64,000 nucleotides of DNA from Octopus sinensis (Eukaryota). The notes under the pieces were generated by a model, which saw only the letters and a program-made list of their open reading frames with translations, was not told the DNA's origin and did no database searches. Shown piece after piece: positions 26,829 through 38,272 of this stretch (within the stretch, counting starts at the first letter, position 1; every line of letters begins with the position of its first letter). The stretch is taken from the NCBI RefSeq assembly GCF_006345805.1, contig NC_043020.1, positions 18,042,001 to 18,106,000 on the forward strand, given 5' to 3'. The position numbers and the translations under genes were made by a program.

Positions 26829-26882
26829 CAACAATAATATTAAGGAATGGCCTATCAAGGCCATTCCTTAATATTATTGTTG
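26829..26882. repeat. Perfect 25-bp hairpin with a 4-nt loop
   Basis: CAACAATAATATTAAGGAATGGCCT-atca-AGGCCATTCCTTAATATTATTGTTG. Confidence 0.95.
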
Positions 26883-27815
26883 TATATATATATATCCTTC
26901 TGGAATCATATAGATTCATATAGCTGGGTTCCTGGTTTCTGTGGTGTATACCCCCCCCCCCCCCAATTATTGGTCAGGATGCCAGTTTATTGTAGGATTA
27001 CTCATTTTCACCAGCTGAGTGGACTAGGGCAACATGAAATGAAGTGTTTTGTGCAGGAACACATTGCGTCACCTAGTTCAGGAATCAAAACCACAATCTT
27101 ATGATCATGAGGCCCACACCCTAACAGACTATATATGTATATACACATATATGTGTGTGTGTGTATATGTAGATATATGTGTGTGTGTATATATGTGTGT
27201 GTGTATATATATATTGTATGTGTGTATGTATATTTCATTTAGGCATTGCAAGGCTAATAGCCTAGTGTAGAACTCAATATATGTGTATTTCAGAACAAAG
27301 TGTCAGACGAGCATAGAGCAGTAAAAGCAAAGAGAGATGACAAAGGAATAAACTCCATTGGCCTACAGCTGTTTCTATGAGTTCACTGCATCTTATAGCA
27401 AAGACAGCTGTAAGCTAACGAAGTTCATAATAGTATTTTTCCTTTGTCATCTTTCTTTCTTATGTGTGTGTCTAACTCATTCTAGCATGGAAAAAATGGA
27501 TGTAAAATGAATGAGTGAGATGTTTGTGTGTACAGCAAACCCATCAAAGCCATGCCAGCATAAAGAGACATTAAATGTGAATGAAGAACAATACTAATGT
27601 TTTTAACATAGGCACAAGGCCAGAAGTTTGGGGGAAGTGTTAGTAGTTTTAAATCAATTTAGCGCTTAACTGGTACTTTTACCTTATCAACCCCAGGAGA
27701 GTGAAATGCCAAGTTAACATTGGTAGGATGTGAATTAAGAATATAAAAGAACACTGCAAATCATGCTGTCTGGGGCACTGGTGATTCAGTCATTCCATAA
27801 TAATAATAATGATAA

Positions 27816-28178
27816 CTAGCACTATGACTAGGCAATGCCAGGTCATAGTGCTAGTGCATGCATATACAGCTGCATGTGTGCGCACATACACGCGAGTACG
27901 GTCCAAATCTCCGACCAATCACATACAGCTAGCTGGCATTTAATTGGCGTATCATGTTTCGGGCATTTTGATTGGGTTTTGGATAGAAAATTCACAAAAA
28001 AGTCCCTTCTATTGATTTTTTTAATGGCTTTGCTGGGTGACTGGGGAAATGTAAAGATGTGCACGACCACCCTTGGACGGTTTTGAATGACCATAGAAAG
28101 TGCGAGCCCTCTAACTGAAAAATTGTGGATTTGTATAAAGGACACACACACAGACATTTTGCCGTTTATATATATAGA
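27816..28178 (-). mobile_element. Helitron-like non-autonomous element
   Basis: Minus strand starts TCTATATATATAAACGG and ends CTAG|T; 13-bp terminal palindrome CTAGCACTATGAC/GTCATAGTGCTAG; the 5' flank is T rather than A. Confidence 0.6.
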
Positions 28179-28391
28179 AATAATAGCTGAAATTTTGGAA
28201 CAAAGTCAGCAATTTTGGGGAAGGGGCTAAGTTGATTACATTGACCTCGGTGCTCAACTCGTACTCATTATATTGACCCTGGCAGAATCTGAATTTAGAA
28301 CATAAAAACAGCATAGAAACAATTCTGCTATTCAAAGAGCTGGCCTTGTCACATTCTGTGTCATGCTTAATCTCCCTGAAAACTATGTTAA

Positions 28392-28612
28392 CCCTTTCGT
28401 TACTGTATTTATTTTGGGATGCTCTGTGGTTCTCTCAATTATTTTAGATATAACAAAGAATTTTGTAAAATAACTTCGTTATCGTTAAGCTGGTGTTAGG
28501 AACATAAAGTGTGACTAAGGTTTGGTGGAAGATTTTAATTCAAACCTTATGAAAACAAGACATTTGTACTACAGAGCCAGAGGCGGTTTCAGCCAGGTTG
28601 GTAACGAAAGGG
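28392..28612. mobile_element. piggyBac-type MITE with TTAA target duplication
   Basis: TTAA|CCCTTTCGTTAC...GTAACGAAAGGG|TTAA. Confidence 0.8.
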
Positions 28613-28899
28613 TTAAGGGTATGAGTGTCTGTTAAGTGCTCAGCCATTTGCATGTTAATTTAACGAACAGGCTGTTCTGTTGACTGGGTCAACTGGAACC
28701 ATCAATGTCATAATCGACAGTGTGTCAGTCATCTGGTCCAAATATTCTACCAGCCAGATCAAGACTCTCACACTTACTCTACAATGTTATTCTATAAGAT
28801 GATTTGGATGAGACTTATTGAAACACTATTCTAAACCTAGATACCCTACTTGCTGCCAACTCTTACCTGTTTTTCAAATAAGGTATTTCTATCCCGTGA

Positions 28900-29440
28900 A
28901 GGTGCATGGCTCAGTGGTTAGAGCATCGAACTTACGACCGTCAGGTTGTGAGTTTGAATCATGGACCGGGCTGTGTGTTGTGTCCTTGAGCAAGACACTT
29001 TATTTCATGTTGCTCCAGTTCACTCAGCTGTATCGGCCTTTGCCTTTCCCTTGGATAACACTGGTGGCGTGGAGAGGGGAGGCTGGTATGCATGGGTGAC
29101 TGCATACATAAGGCGGCGAGCTGGCAGAAACGCTAGCACGCCGGGCGAAATGCTCAGTGGTATTTCGTCTGCCGCCATGTTCTGAGTTCAAATTCTGCTG
29201 AGGTCGACTTTGCCTTTCATCCTTTTGGGGTCGATTAAATAAGTACCAGTTACGCACTGGGGTCGATATAATCAATTTAATCCGTTTGTCCTCTCTGTGT
29301 TTAGCCCCTTGTGGGTAGTACAGAAATAGGTACGCATGGGTGACTGCTGGTCTTCCATAAACAACCTTGCCCGGACTTGTGTCTCGGAGGGTAACTTTCT
29401 AGGTGCAATCTCATGGTCATTCATGACTGAAAGGGGTCTC
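28900..29440 (+). mobile_element. CORE-type tRNA-SINE (family D) interrupted by a family B SINE
   Basis: ggctcagtggttagagc...gtgttgtgtccttgagcaagacacttt head/core; the insert is flanked by 19-bp repeats at 29085-29103 and 29329-29347. Confidence 0.75.
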
Positions 29441-32400
29441 CGATTTCTATCCCATTGGTTGAGTGGTAAGAAGTTTGTTTTCCAACCATATGGTTCTGGG
29501 TTCAGTCCCACTGTGTGGCACCATGGGAAAGTGTCTTCTGCTATAGCCTCAGGTCAACAAAAGCTTTATGGGTGGATTTGGTAAACGGAAACTGAAAGAA
29601 GCATGTCACACACATCTATTTATTTGTGTGTCTTTGTTTGTCCACCACCACTGCTTGACAACTGCTGTTCGTTTATGCCCCTGTAACCTAGCAGTTCGGC
29701 AAAAGAGACCAATAGAGTAAGGCTTAAAAAGAAAAAAAATATCTGGGGGCAATTCGTTGGACTAAAGACTCTTCAAGGTGGTGCTCAAGCATGGCCGCAG
29801 TCCAATGACAGAAACAAGTAAAAGAAAAAAGACATACATATACAAACATGCAGAGTGTGCATATCTTTGTGGTTGTCCTCCTATTGCTTAGCAGTTCAAC
29901 AAAAGAAACTATAGAATAAGTACTGAAATTTATATGTCTAACTAAAAAGCCTTCAAGGCTACAGACCAATGACCGAAACAAGTGATAAATGGAAGATAGT
30001 CTACAAATAAATTGCAGCTAAATCTGCCTCAAATTCCACCATCATCAAAAAAACACTTTAAAAAAAAAAAATAAATAAATGAAGGCTTGAGTGAGAGGCG
30101 CCTGGGAAAACTGCCAGGATAGTCATGCTTGGAATGCCTTTGATCATGTGTCTGCTTGATCAGGGCCGATTTGCAGCTTAAATTTAGATATGAAATGGGA
30201 AAAATCTGCAAACGCTTGATGAGTAAATATATATATATACACACATATATAAATATAAACTTCAGCAGATAATTTTGTTGCTGTAGCCTTGACAGTGTGT
30301 TGACAGATACTGGAATTACAAACAGCAGAAAATTAAATGCAATAAACCAAATTGCCAAGCTTGAGTTTTGGCATTCATGTTTATTTCATTTCATTTATCC
30401 TTTTTTGTTTTTTCCAAGTTGCGTGTGTGTCACTTGTGAAAGTTGAAATTCAACCAGATATAAATGACACTTATGTCAAAATACAGGACAATTCAGAAGT
30501 CCCTTCAACATTCGGACGATATCTATTTATACTTTTATTCATTTCAATCACTGCATGGTGGCCATGCTGGAGCACCACCTTGAAGGCTTTTTAGTCAAAT
30601 GAATTGCCTCTAGTAATTACTCTCTCTTTCTCTTATGTCTAACTGGCAAGTTAGTGACATAAACAAACCAACACCAGTCGTGATGCAGTGATAAAGGACG
30701 GGCTTCTTTCAGTTTCCATCTACCAAATCCACTCAAAAGACTTTGGTCAGCCCAGGGCTATAGTAGAAGACACTTGCCCAAGGTGCCATGCAGTGGAACT
30801 GAACCTGGAATAATGTAGCTGGGAGGCAATCTTCCTACCACACAGCCATGCCAGTGATAAGAATCTTATTCTGGTTTTCATAATTTTAAATAGATTTATA
30901 TATATCACCATCGCTTTAACATCTCCTTTTCCATGCTTTCATGGGTCAGGTGGAGTTTACTGAGGCAGACTTCCTACTGCTAGTTGCCCTTCCTGTTGCT
31001 CTCCCTCATCCGTTTCCAAACAAGGATGCTTCCCCATGGCCAGACATGTTCTCACAGAATATTGGAAATGAATGACACTGCTAGTATAACAGTGACAATC
31101 ATACACATACGCACCTACACAGGAATGGCTGTGTGGTAAGTAGCTTGGAACCACATGATTCCAAGTTCAGTCCCACTGCATGGCACTTTGTGCAAGTGTC
31201 CATATTCTATAGCCTGGGGAACACCAAAGCCTTGTGAGTGGATTTGGTAGACGGAAACTGAAAAAAGCCCGTTGTATATATATATATGTGTGTGTGTGTG
31301 TATGTGCGTCTGTGTTTGTCCCGGTAACTTAACGGTTCAGCAAGAGACTGATAGAATAAGTACTAGGCTTACAAAGTCCTGGGGTTGATTTGTTTGACTA
31401 AAGCCAGTGCTTCAGCATGGCCACAGTCAAATGACTGAAACAAATAAAAGAATACACATACATAAACGAACAGCTTTCTTTTAGTATCTGTCTACCAAAT
31501 CCATTTACAAGACTTGGTTGGCCTGGGGCTATAGTAGAAGAAACCCGTCCAAGGTGCCACACAGTGGGGTTGAACTCGGAACCATCCAAATGGGCAGCAA
31601 ACTTCTTGCCACAAAGCCTTGCTTGTGTCTATAGCCATATATGTGTATGTGTGTGAAATAAACACACACACACATGTATCAATTCATCATCATCATCATC
31701 GTTTAACGTCTACTTTCCATGCTAGCATGGGTTGGACAGTTCGACCAGGAGGCTGCAGCAGACCCAGTCTGATCTGGCAGTGTTTCTACAGCTGGATGCC
31801 CTTCCTAACGCCAACCACTCCATGAGTGTAGTGGGTGCTGTTTACGTGCCACCGGTGCAGGTGCCAGACGAGGTTGGCAATGGCCACGATCGGTTGGTGC
31901 TTTTTATGTGCCACTGGCACCGGCCACATTCGGATGGTTCTTTTACGTGCCACCAGCACTGGTATAACAACTACAATTTCCATTGATTTTGATTGATTTC
32001 GGTTTCACTTGCCTCAAAAGGTCTTCGCAAGCAGAGTTTTGTGTCACATGTATCAATTAAGACATGAAATAATATTCATTTTCCTAAAAATGGTACCATG
32101 TAATAAATGAATTGCACCAGTCCAAAAGATATTGTCATTTTACACATTCCCTCCATACAAATATAGGTTGTACAGTTCAACAGGATCTAGCAGCTTAGAG
32201 TACCACAACTTGCTTTAATATCTCAGTTCTGGCATGGTTTCTATGGCTAGATGCCCTTCCCAATGCCAGCTATTTCACACAGTGTACTGGATGTTCCATC
32301 TTTTTATGACATTAACATTAGTGAGGTCACCTTGTAACTTGCTGGAGTAAAGAGACCCCACAACTAAGAGGGTGGTGAGTTTAGGTAGTGTTGAGAAGTA

Positions 32401-32759
32401 TGATCCTGGTATTTTGTTGGTTACGTCGACAAAGGTTCCAGTTGATTTGACCAACAGAACAGCCTGCTCATGAAATTAACATGCAAGTGGCTGAGCACTC
32501 CACTGACATGCGTAGTTCTCAGGGAGACACAGTGATACATAGAATGTGACAAGGCTGGCTCTTCGAAATACAGATACAACTATTTTTTGCCAGCTGAGTG
32601 GACTGGAGAAAAGTGAAATGAAGTGTCTTGCTCAAGCACCAACATGCTGCCAGGAATCAAACTCATGATCTTACAATCGCAAGCCAAGTACCCTAACCAC
32701 TAAACCACCTGCATTCACATGTGTGTACTAATCGTAAATATGTTGGCATTCATATAAAC

Positions 32760-33097
32760 GAGAGGTTCTCAACCTTTTTTTACCTATGGATCCTTTTGAT
32801 TACTGCTTTATTCTGGTGGACCCCCATGGGAATTGTGAAAGAAGTTCCTATAAAACTAGTTTTTAAACATCAAATGGCTATTTTGTTTTTCACACATTCA
32901 CTTGTGTAGGCACTTATGTAAAACATTAAGGAAAGAAACCGAGCTGTTTTCTTACAATACATACAACAAAGGCAACATTTTTTCAGGGGCCCTTAAAGTA
33001 CTATTGTGGATCTCCAATTTGCTACTTTGTTGTGTGGACCCCCAGAAATCTTATATGGACCTTCAGGGGCCATATGGACTTCAGTTGAGAAACACTG
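32760..33097. mobile_element. hAT-type MITE (decayed left end)
   Basis: gaggttctcaacc...gttgagaaacactg termini. Confidence 0.5.
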
Positions 33098-33123
33098 ATG
33101 TAAACAGTGTCCTTTGTTAATAG

Positions 33124-33172
33124 ACATGCATGAAAGCATGTGGGGTAATTATCACAACTATCTGGAAACAAG
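33124..33172 (+). CDS. Putative exon (D)MHESMWGNYHNYLET(R)
   Basis: cctttgttaatag|AC...ACA AG|gtgagg; phase 1 to 2, which conflicts with the open frame of the next exon. Confidence 0.3.
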
Positions 33173-33404
33173 GTGAGGGTTGCTCATCACGAAAAGCAAC
33201 TAGCCATAGGAAAATCTGCCTTTAAAAGACTCATCTGACCCATGCAAGCATAAAAAAGGAGACAGTAAAAGTGATGATGATGATGATGCCAACTGAACAC
33301 TACTTGATTGTCATTGAGATGAAATTCACTGAAAGCATTTTGATGTAATTCAGGCCAAATCACATGGTGGCAGCCAACCCTGACTAACCTATTTTTTTTC
33401 TTAG

Positions 33405-33469
33405 GCATTTGTGTACCTAGAATTCTATGATTCCACAACTGCTGATAATTTGCCAGACTTTTCCTTCAG
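33405..33469 (+). CDS. Putative exon AFVYLEFYDSTTADNLPDFSF(R)
   Basis: Branch-point-like TGACTAAC (33381-33388), ttttttttcttag acceptor, CAG|gtgaga donor; only frame 0 is stop-free. Confidence 0.5.
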
Positions 33470-34095
33470 GTGAGACACAAACATCATTTTGTATAACTGA
33501 ACAGTTCCACTATAGACATGCAGAAACACAGACATACTCATTTGGTTGACATTGAGTTTCCCATACCAGCATGGGTTAGCTGAATCATCATCATCACTGT
33601 TCCATGTCTGCCTTCCATGCAGGCATGGGATGGACGGTTTGACAAGAGCTACCCAGGTAGAAGACTACCCCAGGCTACTGTGTCTGTTTTGGCAGGGTAT
33701 TTACGGCTGGATGCTCTTCCTAACATCAACCACTCCACAGTGGACTGAGTGCTCTTTATGTGGGACCAGCACAGGCAAGGTCAGTTTTGGCATGGTTTTT
33801 ACAGCTGGACGCCTTTTACAGTGTGGACTGGATGGATACATTTTACATGGAACAGTGAATACATATTGAAATATTGTTTACAATCTGGATGCCCTTTCTG
33901 TTTGCTAACCCTTACCGGTTTTTTAACTAATAGAGATTTTAACCCCTTCATCAGTATTGCAAAGATGTGAAATAAAGAGCACCTTACCTGAAAACAAAAG
34001 TTGGCATCAGGAAGGGTATTTGATCATAAAATACTACCTCAATGAGATTCGTCCAACACACACCAGCATGGAAAACACAAACATAGAAATTATAA

Positions 34096-34320
34096 GGCGG
34101 TGAGCTGGCAGAAACGTTAGCATGCTGGGCGAAATGCTTAGCGGTATTTCGCCTGCCATTATGTTCCGAGTTCAAATTCCGCCAAGGTCGACTTTGCCTT
34201 TCATCCTTTCGGGGTTGATAAATTAAGTACCAGTTACGCACTGGGATCGATGTAATCGACTTAATACTTTTGTTTGTCCTCTCTATGTTTAGCCCCTTGT
34301 GGGCAATACAGAAATAAGAA
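34096..34320 (+). mobile_element. tRNA-derived SINE family B (other copies near 10802, 11472, 19850, 29112, 62745, 62962)
   Basis: ggcggtgagctggcagaaacgttagc...gttccgagttcaaattcc, conserved gactttgcctttcatcc...gataaattaagtaccag core; often beside (ATT)n. Confidence 0.85.
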
Positions 34321-34642
34321 ATTATGATGGTGAAGACACTGCTTCTGCCAAGAACTTGCCTGGTGAACTAGCAGAATCATTAGAACACTGGACAAATACC
34401 ACGTGACACTGGTTCTGGGTCTGTGATCTGAGTTCAATTACAGCCAAGGTCACACTGTACCTTTTATCTTTCTAAGGTCAATAAACTAAAAGTACCAACA
34501 TCAATTCTCCCTCTCAATATTGATTGTTCTCTCTTTGGTTATTATCATTTAAATGAGAATGTCAGTTAGTTTCCACACCCAGTAAAAGAGAAGGCTTAAG
34601 CCAGAGCTGGCAACTTGCTGCCATGAAACTAGCTTTCTTCAG

Positions 34643-34716
34643 AAACCACCCAAAAAATTCAAACCAAAGAAACCTTTGTAGTCCAGAGGCAGACAAGGTG
34701 GATATGGGAGAGTTTG
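34643..34716 (+). CDS. Putative exon (R)NHPKNSNQRNLCSPEADKVDMGEF
   Basis: gctttcttcag|A...TTT G|gtatgt; phase 2 to 1 continues the 33405 exon. Confidence 0.4.
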
Positions 34717-35734
34717 GTATGTGGTGCAGCACAGAACAGCTTATGGATATTTTCCCTTTAAATATAACCAACCATATTTTTTAAGATTATCATTACAATG
34801 CAAAGGATAATGTATTTTGGTGTTATTTAACCCCCGGTCAATTTGGAACAAACAGGTCTATGATCAATAACATGCTAATTGTAACTGTCACATCGTCTTT
34901 TTAAGAGTATAAATGACTAATCAAATGTGTTACTTTTTTTATATCAAAGATGGCAGGCTATGATTTATGAGAACTTACTGCTTATTTTAGCAAGGTGACT
35001 TCTTTGGCTCCAATACTCTTTAGAAGAAGATAAATTAATGTACAACTACTAGTTGCTAAGCTTTACTTTACAGAAAGGGAACCATTTCACAGAATAAGTG
35101 ACCGAGTTTCCTTACCTGATAAATCTAAAAGCAATGAGGGAGCCTCAACACAGTTGTCCTCAAACTGGCTAACATAGCAGTCAAACCTCCCTCAAAGTCA
35201 TCCTTATTACTTTAATAAAACAAGGAAAGGACATACGAGATGATGTAGTCCTAGATACCTCTAAAAAGATGTGAGAGTCACAACTGGAATGCAGGACTGG
35301 TCACAGGTCTGCTCTAGTAAGGATGAGTCGTGTCTAAACATGTTGCCAGTAAAATGCTTAAGTGCTGAGAAAGTACAGAAAAAGCAAAACATTTTCTTAT
35401 GGGGGTAGAAGTTAAAGAAAGGAAACGAGTCCCAAACGAAACAATGAATGACCGCAGAAATAAAAACACACATGTACAAACATGCACACACACACAGACT
35501 TTAAAATCTTATATCAACATTAATGAAAAATCCACGAATCTGAAATGTGTAAAGATAAGAGGTATGTTAACAATCAATGCACTACAACTACACATTGCAA
35601 ATAGACACACACAAAATATACACACATATGCGTGCATGTGTGTGTGAATATATACACATATATATATATGCACATACACACACATGCACTCTGACATAAT
35701 AACATACGCACAAAAAATAAGATGATGTTTGGTT

Positions 35735-35740
35735 TTTATT
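35735..35740 (-). promoter_or_regulatory. Candidate polyadenylation signal AATAAA closing a putative ~3.3-kb 3' UTR (about 35715-39015)
   Basis: tttatt on the plus strand; on the minus strand it is followed ~20 nt later by a U/GU-rich tract (ttattttttgtgcgtatgtt). I saw no SINE copy between about 35400 and 45970. Confidence 0.4.
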
Positions 35741-38228
35741 TAAACGTTTTAATTATGACTTTTTTTCTTTCTCCTTCAATGCTTTTGTAAAGTGTTTCAA
35801 GATCGAGGGGGGAAGGGGAGGAGGGGAAAGGGAGAGAGAGAGAGAGAAAAAATCCGACATCTTCAAATACAGATGTTTATAGTCCAACTTTCACAATGCA
35901 TTGACACATGAAATATGGTTCTTGTTGGGGGGTGGGGTGTTCCTTTAACACATACACACACACACACAGACACCTTAGCTCTCTTCACAACACTTGTGTG
36001 TGCGTGTGTGCGTGCGTGTGCGCATGCATGTGTATGTATCTATGTTTAAGCCTTGTAATATGTGTGTGTGTGTGTGTGTATAAAAATGTTGTGCATTGTT
36101 AGGAATGGGTAATGCAGAGAATTATAGTGACACAGAAAGAAAGATTAGGGGGTCGAGGAAAGGAGGGACAGAGCTCAATTATTGTAGTGATAATGATGAG
36201 GATGGGAAGGAAGGAACTATATATATATTCATATATATATGTTATACCATATTGATGAAGACGTAATCCATGGCGCTATGGGCTTCTTCAGAAAGGGTCC
36301 TTGTTTGAATTTTGTTTTTTGAAATGTCTCTTTATTTGTTTAGTTGAGTTTTCATTTTTTTTTTTTTTATCCTCTTGCCAATAGGGGAAGAAAGAAAAAA
36401 AAAAAGAAGCTTAATGTTGTATTGATATATCGAATAGTTGTGCAACCTGATTATCTGTGATGTAGGGTGGGGGGGGGTCAGAGTGTGGGATGGGACAAGA
36501 AGGAACAGACCAGTTAATAATTTGTCCAAATAGGTAGAGGAGTGGTGGTGGTGGTGGTGGAGGCGGGGAGGGGGAAAACAAGTTTAATGACCAAAGAGAG
36601 ATTGACAAGACACGTACATAATGACAGACAAATTTTCAACAGAAATTGGGGGGGGTGGAAAAAAAAAAAAAAAGGTTTCAGGGCTGAGGGTTTAGTTTTT
36701 TGAAATTTGAGTCAAGGAGAGTGACTGGTAAACAAATAAATAGGCCAATCTATCGGATGAAAAACAATGGATACAGTTTGGAAGTTTCAATGTTGCTTGG
36801 TTTCTTTGTTTATTTTGTTCTTTCAATTCATTTTCTTTTTGTCTTTGTGATGAGGAATTATTTATTTGTTTGTTTGTTTCATTATCTTTTTTTTTTGTTT
36901 TTCTCGCTTTTTATTTCTTTCCATATTTTTGTTTGTTCGTTTGTTTTTTTGTTGTTTTTTTTCTTTTTTGGCTTTTTATTTTTTTTTCCTAGTTTCACAG
37001 AACACTTTGGCCATTTCAATGAGGCAGAAGAATAATGAAGATAGCGATAGGAAGGAAAGGAAAAAAAAAAAAAAATTTTTTTTTTTTAAATCAAAAAGAT
37101 TGTGAGAGATGGTGAGAAATACTTTTACAGAATGAGGCATGTTCACATCAAGCAAACCAAAAAAATACTCGCACATACATAACAAACAAGCTAAGAGATA
37201 TCCATGAAAAATAATCCATTCGATTGAGTCACAACTAATCCCATAATCAACTAGCATGTAGTACGCGAAGAGAGAGAGAAATTTTCAACTTGACCCTTAT
37301 AGCAAAGGCTTGTTTTTATAACAAAGTATCTGTCTTTTACAGAGAAAGAAAAACAGGAACACAACCACATACCTATGAAACAACTGAGTCTTCAAAATAC
37401 TATATATATATATATATATATTCTTCACCACTCACAGTCACAGTATGGCCAGATTATATACATATTATATATACATACATAAGATAGCTATCTAAATCGT
37501 GCCAAACATCAGACATTTTATATATACATATATATAATATATATGCATATACACACACGCGCGCGTGACTTTAGCTCTCTGATACATAATGCAATAAAGT
37601 GCTCCCTCGATGAGCTGTAGTGGTTAAGCATTCAACTGCAATTGGAACATCAAATGCAGGAGTTCCAAACAACCACAATTGTAAAATGTACAGGGGAACA
37701 AATGATATAAACTTGTGTTTATTGTAATTTCTCCTACACACACACACATATATATATAGATAATATATATATATATATACACACAGATGGATAGACAGAG
37801 GGATACATACATGCATACACACACACACATACATACATACATACACAATATTTGCAGGCAAAAAGATACTAGATATCCCAAAAGTGTACATTATCGACCA
37901 ACTTTGAGCTGACTGGAGGACATGCGCCACACCCCTAAACTACTATTTCTACAAAGGTGATCCTTCTTTCTACAACAGCAGTCTGCTTAACAGACAAGTC
38001 AACTGAATCCATTGTTTCTGGTGGGCAAACAACAACACAGCAAAACCCTCTCCAAAGGGACAAAGAAAGCAGCTAGCCATTAAGTAAGGGTCAAGCAAAA
38101 TAGATGACTTCCAAAGTGAACAAAAACATCTCTGGAAGGATCTAACAGAGAAAAATGACAAAACAAAATCCTTTTTAAATGAAATCATAATAATAACTTT
38201 GACACTGGCATGGAGCCTCATTTTATAG

Positions 38229-38272
38229 AGGAAGGGAAATTTGTGATATTCATGCCTTTCCCCGAGGCATAG
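38229..38272 (+). CDS. Possible terminal exon (E)EGKFVIFMPFPEA*
   Basis: ctcattttatag|AG GAA...GCA TAG; phase 1 fits 34716; weak support. Confidence 0.2.

Noticed and set aside
30287-30520. Open plus-strand stretches (LDSVLTDTGITNSRKL; VACVSLVKVEIQPDINDT) as the missing phase 1-to-0 exon
   Set aside because: Weak AAG acceptor or no consensus donor.
36466-36575. G-run clusters with G-quadruplex potential (also near 35806-35832)
   Set aside because: Simple-sequence G/GGT runs are common here, and they would be C-rich in the minus-strand transcript.
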